Shown here piece by piece: positions 1-9,020 of a stretch of DNA of 26,851 nucleotides. Location: assembly GCA_039801565.1 (NCBI GenBank), contig JBDRUX010000013.1, positions 6,048-32,898 on the forward strand, given 5' to 3'. Position 1 is the first letter of the stretch. Each line of letters begins with the position of its first letter. This DNA comes from a candidate division WOR-3 bacterium. GTDB lineage: Bacteria > Hydrothermota > Tepidihabitantia > Tepidihabitantales > JAOUPE01. Below the pieces are notes generated by a model. That model ran no database searches and had not been told where the DNA came from. It saw only the letters and a program-made list of their open reading frames with translations. Made by a program: the position numbers and the translations under genes.

Positions 1-94
1 CAAAACCTTGGCCAATGGCAAAAACAACATCATCGGTCAAGTCTTTATCCGCAACCCCTCTTATGTCGTATTCTCGAAAAATCAAAGGGTTCAT
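1..94 (-). CDS. Phosphomannomutase/phosphoglucomutase (AlgC/ManB-like), 5' part only; runs off the window edge
   Basis: Manual translation from ATG at 94 gives MNPLIFREYDIRGVADKDLTDDVVFAIGQGF. IFRxYDIRG is the characteristic PMM/PGM N-terminus. Not in the ORF track because it is truncated. Confidence 0.85.
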   Translation of the reverse strand, partial: MNPLIFREYDIRGVADKDLTDDVVFAIGQGF

Positions 95-105
95 TTTAAT
101 AGTTA

Positions 106-915
106 TTATCTTTCTAAAATAATAATTTTTTGGGTAAAGGTCTTGCCAGCAATTGTGACCCGAGCAAAATAAAGACCGGGTCTCAACCGAACGCCCGCGT
201 CATCGGTTCCTTCCCATACCAGGCAGTTTTGCTTCCCAGAAAAAGATTTAACTAATTTTCCAGTCAAATCGTAAATTTCAAGTTTAGTAAAGGGAGGCTC
301 AGGGTTAGATAACTGAATTAAAGTCTGATTCGTAAAGGGATTCGGTTGTAAAGTAACTTGCCCTTGGTTTACTGTCGAAATTTGATTTTCGTTTAACTCA
401 GAGACGATTGAGTCAAGCGTTACATCATCGACATAAACTGTAGCTTGGGGAAGGGCAGATACTGTTACTAAGACAAGTACCGCACTGTCCGGTGCAGTGA
501 CCGTGCCTGAGTAATTGCGATAATTGGTTGACATTGTGAGCGGAAAAATGGTTGGGATTCCAACAGGATTGCCAAAAAGCGAAAGCCAATTTAAAATAAA
601 TGAACCACCAAGATAAGATGGACATTTACACCAGCCATTAAAATTATATTGACGATTGGCTTGGACCAAAGCGGTAGTTGTAGCAAAGGCGATTGAGTCA
701 CCACCAATCAGTTTAAGGGCAAAGTTGCCGGTATGGGCATCAGTCGTCTTGGTTGCTGAGCCCGGAAAGTTGAATTCGGAAGTGAACCAGCCTAAAGGCA
801 TATTCACCCCTAAGGTATCAAGCCATATCTCAAAACTGGGGTTAATTAAAATATTCTGACCGGTGACGAATGTGAGAAGAATAAGATTGAAAAGTAAGAT
901 ACGAGACGATTTCAT
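106..915 (-). CDS. Secreted protein (269 aa) with a CBM4/9-like N-terminal domain and a C-terminal T9SS type A sorting / FlgD-Ig-like domain
   Basis: The ORF track starts at 981, but ATG 915 lies just after the upstream stop and opens a signal peptide (MKSSRILLFNLILLTFVTG). NILINPSFE...VYVDDVTL is CBM-like. PNPF...IYDLTGKLVK...WEGTDDAGVRLRPGLYF...KIIIL is the CTD signature. Confidence 0.8.
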   Translation of the reverse strand: MKSSRILLFNLILLTFVTGQNILINPSFEIWLDTLGVNMPLGWFTSEFNFPGSATKTTDAHTGNFALKLIGGDSIAFATTTALVQANRQYNFNGWCKCPSYLGGSFILNWLSLFGNPVGIPTIFPLTMSTNYRNYSGTVTAPDSAVLVLVTVSALPQATVYVDDVTLDSIVSELNENQISTVNQGQVTLQPNPFTNQTLIQLSNPEPPFTKLEIYDLTGKLVKSFSGKQNCLVWEGTDDAGVRLRPGLYFARVTIAGKTFTQKIIILER

Positions 916-916
916 T

Positions 917-1798
917 CTAAAATGATAATAATGCCCCATCTTTGATTGACGCCCAAGCCATATAATCAGTAGTTTTGCCAAATCCGATATTTCCCTTCAC
1001 ATCAATACCGATTATTCCACAAAGGCAACCAGTCTTTTTTGCTTCTTTTAAGGCAAGTTCGATTGCGGTCTGGGCATCATAAACCTTCATTAAATCAACT
1101 GTCGTTTTAGCCAGGAAAAGTTTCATTATACTTTCGCCATGGCCGGTGGCTACTGCGGCGCCAAAGACCGAGGCATAGGTTCCAGCACCGATGATTGCGC
1201 TATCACCAACCCGACCTGGTAGTTTACCTCTTATCCCGCCACTTGAATTGGCACAGGCAACCGCTTGACTTTTATCAATTGCTACCGCCCCGACAGTTCC
1301 AAAATCCAAATACTTTTTTAGTTTTGGGAAATAGGGCGATTCGCCTTTTTGTTTCAGTTCGGCTAATTTCTTTTTGGCTCTTTCCGTAGTTGGGTCATAT
1401 CTTTCGAAACCATGGTAGCGAGCGAATTTTATTGCTCCTTCACCCACTAATAAGAGATGGTCAGTCTCTTCCATTACCCGGCGTGCCACTAAAATTGGAT
1501 TTTTCACTTCTTTGATGGCACCGACCGCGCCAAAATGACCGTCCATTGTCATCAAAGATGCATCCATTTCAACTTCACCATTGATGGTTAGTGTTGAGCC
1601 GGTTCCGGCATTAAAGATTGGGTCATCTTCCATTACTCTAACTGCCTCAACCACTGCATCAATCGCCTTACCGCCTTTTGCCAAAATAAAATAACCAGCC
1701 TCGGCTGCCTTTCGAACGCCTTTTCGAGCCAGTTCTTGTTCTTCTTGGGTCAATCCCTTGGCACTACCCGCCCCACCATTAACAATTATCGCTGGCAT
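917..1798 (-). CDS. iaaA: Isoaspartyl peptidase / L-asparaginase type 2 (Ntn hydrolase)
   Basis: IIVNGGAG, FNAGTGS, EMDASLM, the GTVGAVA nucleophile Thr, GRVGDS and ATGHGE are all present. Start placed at ATG 1798 (MPAII). Confidence 0.9.
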   Translation of the reverse strand: MPAIIVNGGAGSAKGLTQEEQELARKGVRKAAEAGYFILAKGGKAIDAVVEAVRVMEDDPIFNAGTGSTLTINGEVEMDASLMTMDGHFGAVGAIKEVKNPILVARRVMEETDHLLLVGEGAIKFARYHGFERYDPTTERAKKKLAELKQKGESPYFPKLKKYLDFGTVGAVAIDKSQAVACANSSGGIRGKLPGRVGDSAIIGAGTYASVFGAAVATGHGESIMKLFLAKTTVDLMKVYDAQTAIELALKEAKKTGCLCGIIGIDVKGNIGFGKTTDYMAWASIKDGALLSF

Positions 1799-2610
1799 TT
1801 TGGACAATATCTCGTAGTTCGATTAGAAATTTTAGTTTTTAAGATTGTCGCTCCACAAAGCCGACATTTTTCACCTTCTCGGTTAAAGACGTAAGTCCGC
1901 AGCTGATAACCTCCTTCCGAACCATCTGGTCTTAAATAATCGGAAACCGATGTTCCTTTATATTTAATTCCAGCCCGAATTACTGATTTTAATGCCCTGG
2001 ATAAATTTTTAATATCTTCATCGCTTAAGGTATTAGCCCTTCGGGTAGGTAAAATCTTGGCTAAAAAGAGTGCTTCGTCAGAGTAGATATTGCCAATCCC
2101 AGCGGCAATTGATTGGTCGAGCAAAAGTGATTTAATTTTTGCTTCTCGATTTGCCAGTTTCGATTTTAGATAGTTATATGTGAACTTGGGACTGATCGGT
2201 TCAAGCCCAAGATTTTTAAGACCCTTTAACACAGTTGGATATTTTCCATTTTCAATGAGATAGACCCTACCTAAGACTCTTGGTTCAATAAAGGCTAATC
2301 GCTTTTGATTTGAGAGAAAGAAAGCCACTCGTTCAAAGCGTAAAGGCTCACTGCCATTCTCCAGACGCAATTGACCACTCAAACGGAGATGGATAATTAA
2401 GGAATGATTATTGTTCAACCGGAAGATTAGATACTTACCCTTTCGGGTCAAATCAAGAATTTTTTGGTTCACTAACTTGCGGGCAAAAGTTTTGGTATCG
2501 GGATAACCGACAACATCATTTCGATAAATCTTGACCCGATTAATTTGATGATTGCGGACAAAAGGCAGAAGTTCGGTTCGGATTGTTTCGACTTCAGGCA
2601 ACTCGGGCAT
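1786..2610 (-). CDS. mutM: Formamidopyrimidine-DNA glycosylase
   Basis: N-terminal PELPEVET, H2TH region GIGNIYSDEALF, C-terminal zinc finger CRLC...CPKCQ. Confidence 0.97.
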   Translation of the reverse strand: MPELPEVETIRTELLPFVRNHQINRVKIYRNDVVGYPDTKTFARKLVNQKILDLTRKGKYLIFRLNNNHSLIIHLRLSGQLRLENGSEPLRFERVAFFLSNQKRLAFIEPRVLGRVYLIENGKYPTVLKGLKNLGLEPISPKFTYNYLKSKLANREAKIKSLLLDQSIAAGIGNIYSDEALFLAKILPTRRANTLSDEDIKNLSRALKSVIRAGIKYKGTSVSDYLRPDGSEGGYQLRTYVFNREGEKCRLCGATILKTKISNRTTRYCPKCQR

Positions 2611-2615
2611 AAGAA

Positions 2616-2644
2616 ATTTTATGCAAAAGTGTTGTCACTGTCAA
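2616..2644 (-). promoter_or_regulatory. Sigma70-type promoter of mutM, probably leaderless
   Basis: Minus strand TTGACA-N17-TAAAAT, then 5 nt to the ATG; no Shine-Dalgarno. Confidence 0.75.
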
Positions 2645-3147
2645 TAAGTCGAATTTAAAGAACCCAGAAAAATATAAAAGAGTACTGTCGTAATTTTTAT
2701 TATGCATGCTAAAGAAATTTTTCAGATTTATCTTTTCTGAAAAAACTGTCCAATAAGACTTGATATCCGTCTGCAAACATTTGCAATAAACCATTGATAA
2801 GGTTGCTGGAATTGTCCTACTACTAAAGATAAACGAAATTAAGAACTTATACGAACATCAGCACAATCCTAAAAGGAAATCGCTAAATATGGAACTGTAA
2901 AGATATACCACTGGTATTTCAAATTATTTGATAAAATAAAAGTGAACACGAAACCAACGAACTTGCTAAATTAGAAATAGCAACAGAGTAGCCCAAACTT
3001 ATTATCAATCTCTGGAGATATTATCTCTTGAAATACAAATTTAAAGACCTTTCTTTTGCCCATACATCAGGTCTTCAAAACTTATCAATTTTGGATAAAA
3101 ATTTTGGGGCAAACGGATGTCGTCTCAGCAAATATTTGCCTTCTTGC

Positions 3148-3176
3148 TTGACCAGCACAACTTTTTTCTTTAGGAT
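3148..3176 (+). promoter_or_regulatory. Sigma70-type promoter of ispE, probably leaderless
   Basis: TTGACC-N17-TAGGAT, then 7 nt to ATG 3184. Confidence 0.65.
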
Positions 3177-3183
3177 TTTTGCG

Positions 3184-4044
3184 ATGGAAAGTGTAACAAT
3201 TCGGTCTTATGCCAAGATTAATTTGGGACTTAGGGTCTTAGCCAAGCGGTCCGACGGCTATCATAATATCGAAACCATCTTTGTTCCAATTCGCCTTTGC
3301 GATAAAATCCAATTAAAGATGATTGGAAAAGATATAATTATAAAAACGGTTGATGATAAAATAAAAATTCCGAAGGGCAAAACCAATTTAGCCTATAAGG
3401 CAAGTAGCCTTTTCTTAAAAGCGGTTGGTTCGCACCGCGGCGTCGAAATCTTAATAAAAAAGAATATCCCGGTAGGTGCTGGTTTAGGTGGCGGTAGCAG
3501 TGATGCGGCAGGAGTTTTGAAAGGTCTGAACCAGTTGTTTGGCAATCCTTTAACTAAAGGAGATTTATATAACTTAGCATTAAAAATTGGTATGGATGTG
3601 CCATTCTTTCTTTTGGGCAAACCTTGTTATGCGACGGGTCGCGGTGAGATATTAGAACCAATTACCCTGCCAGAACTGTCCGTAGTGCTTTATTATCCAG
3701 GTTATCCGATTAGCACGAAGTGGGCATACAAAAACTTAAAGGTTAATAAATTCCGATTGACAAAAGGTAATTTATCGCTTATGATACTTAAGGAAAAATT
3801 AAAAAGTGGCGACTTACGGAATTGGTCACGCTATATTGTCAATAGTTTTGAGGATTTAGTTTTTGACTTTTATCCGGACTTGGCAGAAATGAAGGATTTT
3901 TTCTTAAAGAACGGTGCATTTGTTGCTTCGCTTTCGGGTTCCGGAAGCGCAATTTACGGTTTAGTTAAAGAGAAGAATCTTGGGAAATTGAAAAATGCTT
4001 TACAGCGTCGGCATATTAAAACAATATTTACTAAATTTGTTTAA
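3184..4044 (+). CDS. ispE: 4-diphosphocytidyl-2-C-methyl-D-erythritol kinase
   Basis: AKINLGL, DGYHNIET, GHMP motif IPVGAGLGGGSSDAA, LSGSGS. Start moved from 3028 to ATG 3184 (MESVTIRSYAKINL). Confidence 0.95.
   Translation: MESVTIRSYAKINLGLRVLAKRSDGYHNIETIFVPIRLCDKIQLKMIGKDIIIKTVDDKIKIPKGKTNLAYKASSLFLKAVGSHRGVEILIKKNIPVGAGLGGGSSDAAGVLKGLNQLFGNPLTKGDLYNLALKIGMDVPFFLLGKPCYATGRGEILEPITLPELSVVLYYPGYPISTKWAYKNLKVNKFRLTKGNLSLMILKEKLKSGDLRNWSRYIVNSFEDLVFDFYPDLAEMKDFFLKNGAFVASLSGSGSAIYGLVKEKNLGKLKNALQRRHIKTIFTKFV
3757..3785 (+). promoter_or_regulatory. Promoter inside ispE, likely driving tRNA-Gln and the prs-rplY operon
   Basis: TTGACA-N17-TATGAT within the coding sequence, about 260 nt upstream of the tRNA. 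Confidence 0.6.
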
Positions 4045-4046
4045 TT

Positions 4047-4117
4047 TGGGGCGTCGTCTAGCGGCAGGACCCAGGATTTTGGATCCTGTTGGGGAGGTTC
4101 GAATCCTCCCGCCCCAG
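4047..4117 (+). tRNA. tRNA-Gln (anticodon TTG); CCA end not encoded
   Basis: Acceptor stem TGGGGCG/CGCCCCA with discriminator G. Anticodon arm CAGGA-TTTTGGA-TCCTG (TTG at 4079-4081). T arm GGAGG-TTCGAAT-CCTCC. Usual ispE-tRNA-Gln-prs position. Confidence 0.96.
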
Positions 4118-4133
4118 CTAGCAGAAAGGGTCA

Positions 4134-5075
4134 ATGTTAGAACAGTTAAAAGTTTTTTCTGGTCGGGCTAATCTACCATTAGCCGAAAAAATTGCCAACT
4201 ATTTAGGAATTAAGTTAAGCGATGCCAAAATCAGAAATTTTGCTGATGGCGAGATTCGAATTAAAATTGAAGAGAATGTGCGGGGAGTGGATGTCTTTGT
4301 TATCCAGCCGACTCACCCACCGGCCGAAAATATCTTGGAGTTGTTATTGATGATTGATGCCTTAAAACGAGCCTCGGCGGATCGAATTACCGCAGTAATT
4401 CCTTATTACGGTTATGCCCGACAGGACCGAAAGGACGAACCAAGAGTGCCAATCTCAGCCAAACTGATTGCGGATTTAATTGTTACCGCTGGTGCCCAAA
4501 GAGTTTTAACGATGGAACTGCATGCCGAACAGATCCAAGGTTATTTCAATGTGCCGGTTGACCATCTCTATTCCACACCAATCCTGATTGATTACTGGAA
4601 ACAGGATAAAAACTCGCTTCGGCAGTTAGTTGTTACATCGGATGTTGGCCGGGCAAATCGGGCTCGGGGTTTTGCCAAACGATTGGGTGATATCCCAATC
4701 GCAATCGTTGATAAACGAAGACCCGAACCCAATCAAGCCGAAGTCGTAAATATTATTGGCGAGGTCGCTGGTAAAGTCGCTTTAATTTTTGATGACATCA
4801 TTGATACCGGCGGGACAGTATTAAAGGCAGCTGAAGCACTTTTGGCTCGCCAAGCGGTTAAAGTTTTAGTCTGTGCCACTCACCCGGTATTTTCTCAGGA
4901 CTGTGTTGAGAAATTGGCACATTCACCAATTGATAAGGTGATAGTAACCGATACCATTGATTTACCAAAAACGAAGAGAAATGATAAAATTGAGGTTTTA
5001 TCGGTAGCGCCATTATTAGCCGAAGCGATTGCCCGCATCCATAAGGGACAATCGGTTAGTTCCCTATTCGTTTAG
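4134..5075 (+). CDS. prs: Ribose-phosphate pyrophosphokinase
   Basis: FADGE, PYYGYARQDRK, DDIIDTGGT PRPP-binding loop. Confidence 0.97.
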   Translation: MLEQLKVFSGRANLPLAEKIANYLGIKLSDAKIRNFADGEIRIKIEENVRGVDVFVIQPTHPPAENILELLLMIDALKRASADRITAVIPYYGYARQDRKDEPRVPISAKLIADLIVTAGAQRVLTMELHAEQIQGYFNVPVDHLYSTPILIDYWKQDKNSLRQLVVTSDVGRANRARGFAKRLGDIPIAIVDKRRPEPNQAEVVNIIGEVAGKVALIFDDIIDTGGTVLKAAEALLARQAVKVLVCATHPVFSQDCVEKLAHSPIDKVIVTDTIDLPKTKRNDKIEVLSVAPLLAEAIARIHKGQSVSSLFV

Positions 5076-5094
5076 GATAAATAAAAGGAGGTTT

Positions 5095-5784
5095 ATGCCA
5101 TACGCAATAAAAGCCGAAATTAGAGAGACAAAAGGGAAATCCCAAAGTCGTAAGTTACGCCAAAACGGTTTGGTACCAGCAATTCTCTATGGCCGAGGCG
5201 AAGAACCGAAAAAACTGGTCATCAACGGCAAGGAATTCTCTAAACTGTTAGATACGATTAAGGGCAAAAGTCCAATTATTGATTTGGAACTGGCTGGCGA
5301 ACCGGTTAAATGTGTTATTAAACTCATCCAGCGCCATCCAATTACTTTGAACCTTCTGCACGTTGATTTTCAAAAAGTGCATGCCCGAGAGAAAATTTCG
5401 GTGGCGGTGCCGGTCATCCTAAAAGGAATTGACCAGTCAATCGGTATCAAGGCTGGTGGGATTTTAGACCATCATCTACGGGAAATTCCCATTAAAGCTG
5501 AAGTGAGTAAGATTCCCGAACATATCGAAGTCGATATCACAAACCTTAAACTCGGTCACAGTATCCATATCGCCGATATAAAAATGCCGGATGTTGAATT
5601 CATGCTACCCGCCGATACCACCATCGTTTCCATCCTTGCGCCACGCAAAGTTGAAGAAGTAGCAGCACCAGTTACCGCTGAGGAAGTAGTAAAAGAACCA
5701 GAAGTGATAACCGAGAAGAAAAAGGAAGAAGAACCAACCGAAGAGCCGAAAGAGAAAAAAGCAACTGAAAAAGAAAAAAAGTGA
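5095..5784 (+). CDS. rplY: 50S ribosomal protein L25/Ctc (long form)
   Basis: VPAILYG, HVDF, acidic/lysine-rich tail. SD AAGGAGG precedes ATG 5095, so the start is moved from 5029. Confidence 0.95.
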   Translation: MPYAIKAEIRETKGKSQSRKLRQNGLVPAILYGRGEEPKKLVINGKEFSKLLDTIKGKSPIIDLELAGEPVKCVIKLIQRHPITLNLLHVDFQKVHAREKISVAVPVILKGIDQSIGIKAGGILDHHLREIPIKAEVSKIPEHIEVDITNLKLGHSIHIADIKMPDVEFMLPADTTIVSILAPRKVEEVAAPVTAEEVVKEPEVITEKKKEEEPTEEPKEKKATEKEKK

Positions 5785-5807
5785 AAGATTTCTAATAATT
5801 CTTAGGT

Positions 5808-6371
5808 GTGCGCCTCATCCTTTTTACACTTGGTAATCCGGGTAAGAAATATACCCAAACCCGACACAATATCGGTTTTATGGTTGCGGATGGTTTAGCA
5901 GAAAAATTCAATGCCCGATTTAAAAACGCTAACGATTACCAGCATCTTAAAGTAACACTTGGCGAAAAAGAATTGGTTGTAGTAAAACCTTTGCTTTATA
6001 TGAATAATTCGGGTGTAGTGGTGAAAGAATATATTACTGAGACCGATGGTGATTTTATGGTGGTCTGCGATGATTTTGCGTTACCATTTGGTAAGATTCG
6101 CATCCGGGAGCGGGGAAGTGATGGGGGACACCAAGGATTAGCTTCAATTATCTATCACCTCCAAACCAATAATTTTCCGCGCCTGCGCATTGGTATTGGT
6201 AATCCACCCCCCGAAATTCCCCATCGGGAATATGTCTTAACCAAATTCACTCGTGAAGAAAGAAAACTGTTGCCCAAAATCATTGAGCTTTCTTGTGAGG
6301 CGCTTCTTTATATCTTGGATAACGGAATAAAAAAAGCAATGACCATTTACAACGCCCAAACGATAAGTTGA
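5808..6371 (+). CDS. pth: Peptidyl-tRNA hydrolase
   Basis: LGNPG..Y..TRHNIGF, KPLLYMNNSG, GSDGGHQG, RLRIGIG. Confidence 0.96.
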   Translation: MRLILFTLGNPGKKYTQTRHNIGFMVADGLAEKFNARFKNANDYQHLKVTLGEKELVVVKPLLYMNNSGVVVKEYITETDGDFMVVCDDFALPFGKIRIRERGSDGGHQGLASIIYHLQTNNFPRLRIGIGNPPPEIPHREYVLTKFTREERKLLPKIIELSCEALLYILDNGIKKAMTIYNAQTIS

Positions 6372-6374
6372 GTA

Positions 6375-7430
6375 ATGCGAATCGGAATTGTTGGACTACC
6401 GAACGTGGGAAAATCTTCGTTATTTAATCTTTTGACCAAGGCCGGGGCTAAGGTTGACCTTTATCCTTTTACAACGATTGAAAAAAATGTTGGTATTGTC
6501 ACAGTACCCGATGAGCGATTAAAAAAGATTGGCGAACTACTCAAACCACCAAAACTGACCTATGCGACAATTGAGTTCGTTGATATTGCTGGTTTGGTCA
6601 AAGGTGCCAGTCAAGGCGAAGGTTTAGGCAACAAATTCTTGGCACACATTCGGGAAAGTCATCTCCTGCTCCATCTCTTACGGTACTTCGAGGATAGCAC
6701 TATTCCACATATTTACGAGACGATTGACCCACAACGTGATATGGAAATTGTCAATTCGGAGTTAGCAATTGCTGATTTAGAAATTGTTGAGAAACACTTG
6801 AGCCGGTTGGAAAAAGGACCCAAGGCTTTGGAGGATGAACATCGGTTAGGCGTATTGGAAAAAATTAAAAGAGCTTTGATGAAAGGTTTTGAACCGCCAC
6901 CATTGACACCGGAAGAAATTTTGGCAATTAAGGATTTTGGACTCTTTATCACTAAACCGGTTGTCTATGCGCTCAACTGCTCGGATAGTGCACCAGTTGA
7001 TATAAATGCTTTACCAAAACTAAAGAACCGAGATATTTTTCTGTTTTCCGTAGCCTTAGAAGAAGCACTGGAAGGTTTCTTAGAAGAGGAGAAGCGAGAA
7101 GCCCGGGCTGAGTTAAACCTTGCGGTAGAGGGTCCAGCCGGTCTGGTCCGAAAGTGTTTTAGCCTTTTAAATCTAATCTCCTTCTATACGGTCAAAGGTG
7201 ATGAGAGCCGGGCTTGGTCAATTCCAAAAGGAACCAAAATTGTTGAAGCCGCCGGAAAAATTCATTCCGATTTTGCTGAAGGATTCATCAAAGCCGAAGT
7301 AGTCGCCTTTGAAGATTTGGCTAATAGCGGCTCTTTCCATTTAGCCAAAGAGCAAGGAAAAGTCCGAGTGGAGGGGAAAAATTACGAGGTCAGAGATGGC
7401 GATGTCATTTTAATAAAATTTAAGGCTTAA
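6375..7430 (+). CDS. ychF: Ribosome-binding ATPase YchF
   Basis: GIVGLPNVGKS, DIAGLVKGASQGEGLGNKFL, TGS domain AGKIHSDF..GFIKAEV. Confidence 0.96.
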   Translation: MRIGIVGLPNVGKSSLFNLLTKAGAKVDLYPFTTIEKNVGIVTVPDERLKKIGELLKPPKLTYATIEFVDIAGLVKGASQGEGLGNKFLAHIRESHLLLHLLRYFEDSTIPHIYETIDPQRDMEIVNSELAIADLEIVEKHLSRLEKGPKALEDEHRLGVLEKIKRALMKGFEPPPLTPEEILAIKDFGLFITKPVVYALNCSDSAPVDINALPKLKNRDIFLFSVALEEALEGFLEEEKREARAELNLAVEGPAGLVRKCFSLLNLISFYTVKGDESRAWSIPKGTKIVEAAGKIHSDFAEGFIKAEVVAFEDLANSGSFHLAKEQGKVRVEGKNYEVRDGDVILIKFKA

Positions 7431-7447
7431 TTAGAAAAGGAGGAAAC

Positions 7448-7774
7448 TTGAAAGATTACGAAGCAGTTTTTATTCTAACTCCTAAATTATCAAAAGAAAC
7501 CGTGCAAAAATTAGCTAACGACTTAAAAAAGAATATCGAGACAGCCCAGGGTGAAAAAATAATCGAGGAGAAAATCGAGAAACGCCCCCTCCAATATCCA
7601 ATCAAGAAACATAAAGAGGGGATTTATTTAATCTATAAATTCAGTGCGCCTCCGACAGCAATTGCAAAAATTAAAGAAGCCTATAAACATAATGAGTCGG
7701 TCTTGCGTTATAGTATTCTGGCGATTGACCGACAGCAAGCAGTTGCTGGCGCCGAGGCAGAAAAGGAGAAATAA
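7448..7774 (+). CDS. rpsF: 30S ribosomal protein S6
   Basis: YEAVFIL, L.YPIKK..EG.Y, VLRY. TTG start with SD AAGGAGG. Confidence 0.9.
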   Translation: MKDYEAVFILTPKLSKETVQKLANDLKKNIETAQGEKIIEEKIEKRPLQYPIKKHKEGIYLIYKFSAPPTAIAKIKEAYKHNESVLRYSILAIDRQQAVAGAEAEKEK

Positions 7775-8209
7775 ATGGCAGAAGTGAGATTAGGGTCGCT
7801 CAATTATGTAGCACTCATCGGCCGGGTGGCACAGGAGCCAGAATTGAAGTATACGCCAAAAGGAACCCCGGTCTGTAACTTTAATATTGCAGTTAATCGA
7901 CGCTGGCGGGATAATGCAACCAATGACTGGAAAGAAGAGACAAGTTTCTTTCGGGTGACAACATTAGGGAGGGCAGCGGAACGTTGTGGCGAGTATTTGA
8001 AGAAAGGCAGTGCAGTCTTACTGGAAGGCCGTTTGCGTAGCCGTTCTTGGAATACACCAGATGGCGAAAAACGAAATATTGTCGAAATCGTAACTTTTCG
8101 AGTACAAATCCTTGATAAACTTGTTCCCGAAGCCGAGGTCGCTTCCGAACTGGAAGCCGACGAAACAGTGGATATCCCCAAAGACCAACTCGACGATATA
8201 CCATTCTAA
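7775..8209 (+). CDS. ssb: Single-stranded DNA-binding protein
   Basis: OB fold (N.V.LIGR...PELKYTP.G, KKGS.VL.EGRL..RSW) and C-terminal DDIPF. Confidence 0.96.
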   Translation: MAEVRLGSLNYVALIGRVAQEPELKYTPKGTPVCNFNIAVNRRWRDNATNDWKEETSFFRVTTLGRAAERCGEYLKKGSAVLLEGRLRSRSWNTPDGEKRNIVEIVTFRVQILDKLVPEAEVASELEADETVDIPKDQLDDIPF

Positions 8210-8282
8210 AAAGTTACGCATGACCGAGAGATAAGAAATAATAAAAGTAGCAATTGCCTTCTAAACAGTAACTTTTACACTT

Positions 8283-9020
8283 ATGGGTTTGGGGCGTGGG
8301 ATTGTCCAATTTATTACATTTTTGGCACGCACTCTTTTTATTCCTTGGAAAATGCATCGGACTATTCCAAGGGTTACTGACCAGGTATTTGAGATTGGTA
8401 TTGGTTCGTTACCGATGGTCATTGTTATGGCAATCTTCGTTGGTTTAACTACTGCCATCCAAACTGCTTATCAGACACTAGGCATTGTACCAAAATACTT
8501 TTTAGGGATTGCGATTGGTCGTATGATTTTAATTGAATTTGGTCCGGTATTCACTGCTTTTGTTGTCGCCGGAAGGTCAGCTTCGGCAATGGCAGCCGAA
8601 ATCGGCACGATGCGGGTAACCGAACAGATTGATGCCTTAGAGATGATGGCGATCGACCCTTATCGTTATCTAAGCCTTCCTCGAATCCTCGGGACATTAG
8701 TTGCTTTACCAATACTGGTAGTCTTTACTGAACTGATTGCTATCCTCACGGCAATTTTAACCAGTATCTATCTTTTAAAAGTTCCTTTCAGTGATTTAAG
8801 TTACGGTTTGATTCACCATTTTCGATTTAACGATTTAATTGGTGGATTGGTAAAGGCTTTATTCTTTGCCTTCTTAATTGCCAGTAGCGGTTGTTATTTT
8901 GGCTTTCAAGCCACTGGCGGGGCTAAAGGTGTAGGCAAAGCAGTAACTAAGGCAGTGGTCACTTCTTTAATTCTAATTTTCGCTTTCGACTTTATTAATG
9001 CCCTACTCTTTTTCCGATGA
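8283..9020 (+). CDS. mlaE: MlaE-family ABC transporter permease
   Basis: EFGPVFTA..VAGR..SA.AAEIGTMRVTEQIDALE, GGAKGVG.A.T.AVV. Start could also be TTG 8289. Confidence 0.93.
   Translation: MGLGRGIVQFITFLARTLFIPWKMHRTIPRVTDQVFEIGIGSLPMVIVMAIFVGLTTAIQTAYQTLGIVPKYFLGIAIGRMILIEFGPVFTAFVVAGRSASAMAAEIGTMRVTEQIDALEMMAIDPYRYLSLPRILGTLVALPILVVFTELIAILTAILTSIYLLKVPFSDLSYGLIHHFRFNDLIGGLVKALFFAFLIASSGCYFGFQATGGAKGVGKAVTKAVVTSLILIFAFDFINALLFFR

Noticed and set aside
3028..3183. N-terminal extension of IspE given by the ORF track (similar extensions at 916-981, 5029-5094 and 14233-14349)
   Set aside because: The extensions overlap promoters or upstream genes; family N-termini and SD/promoter positions point to later starts.
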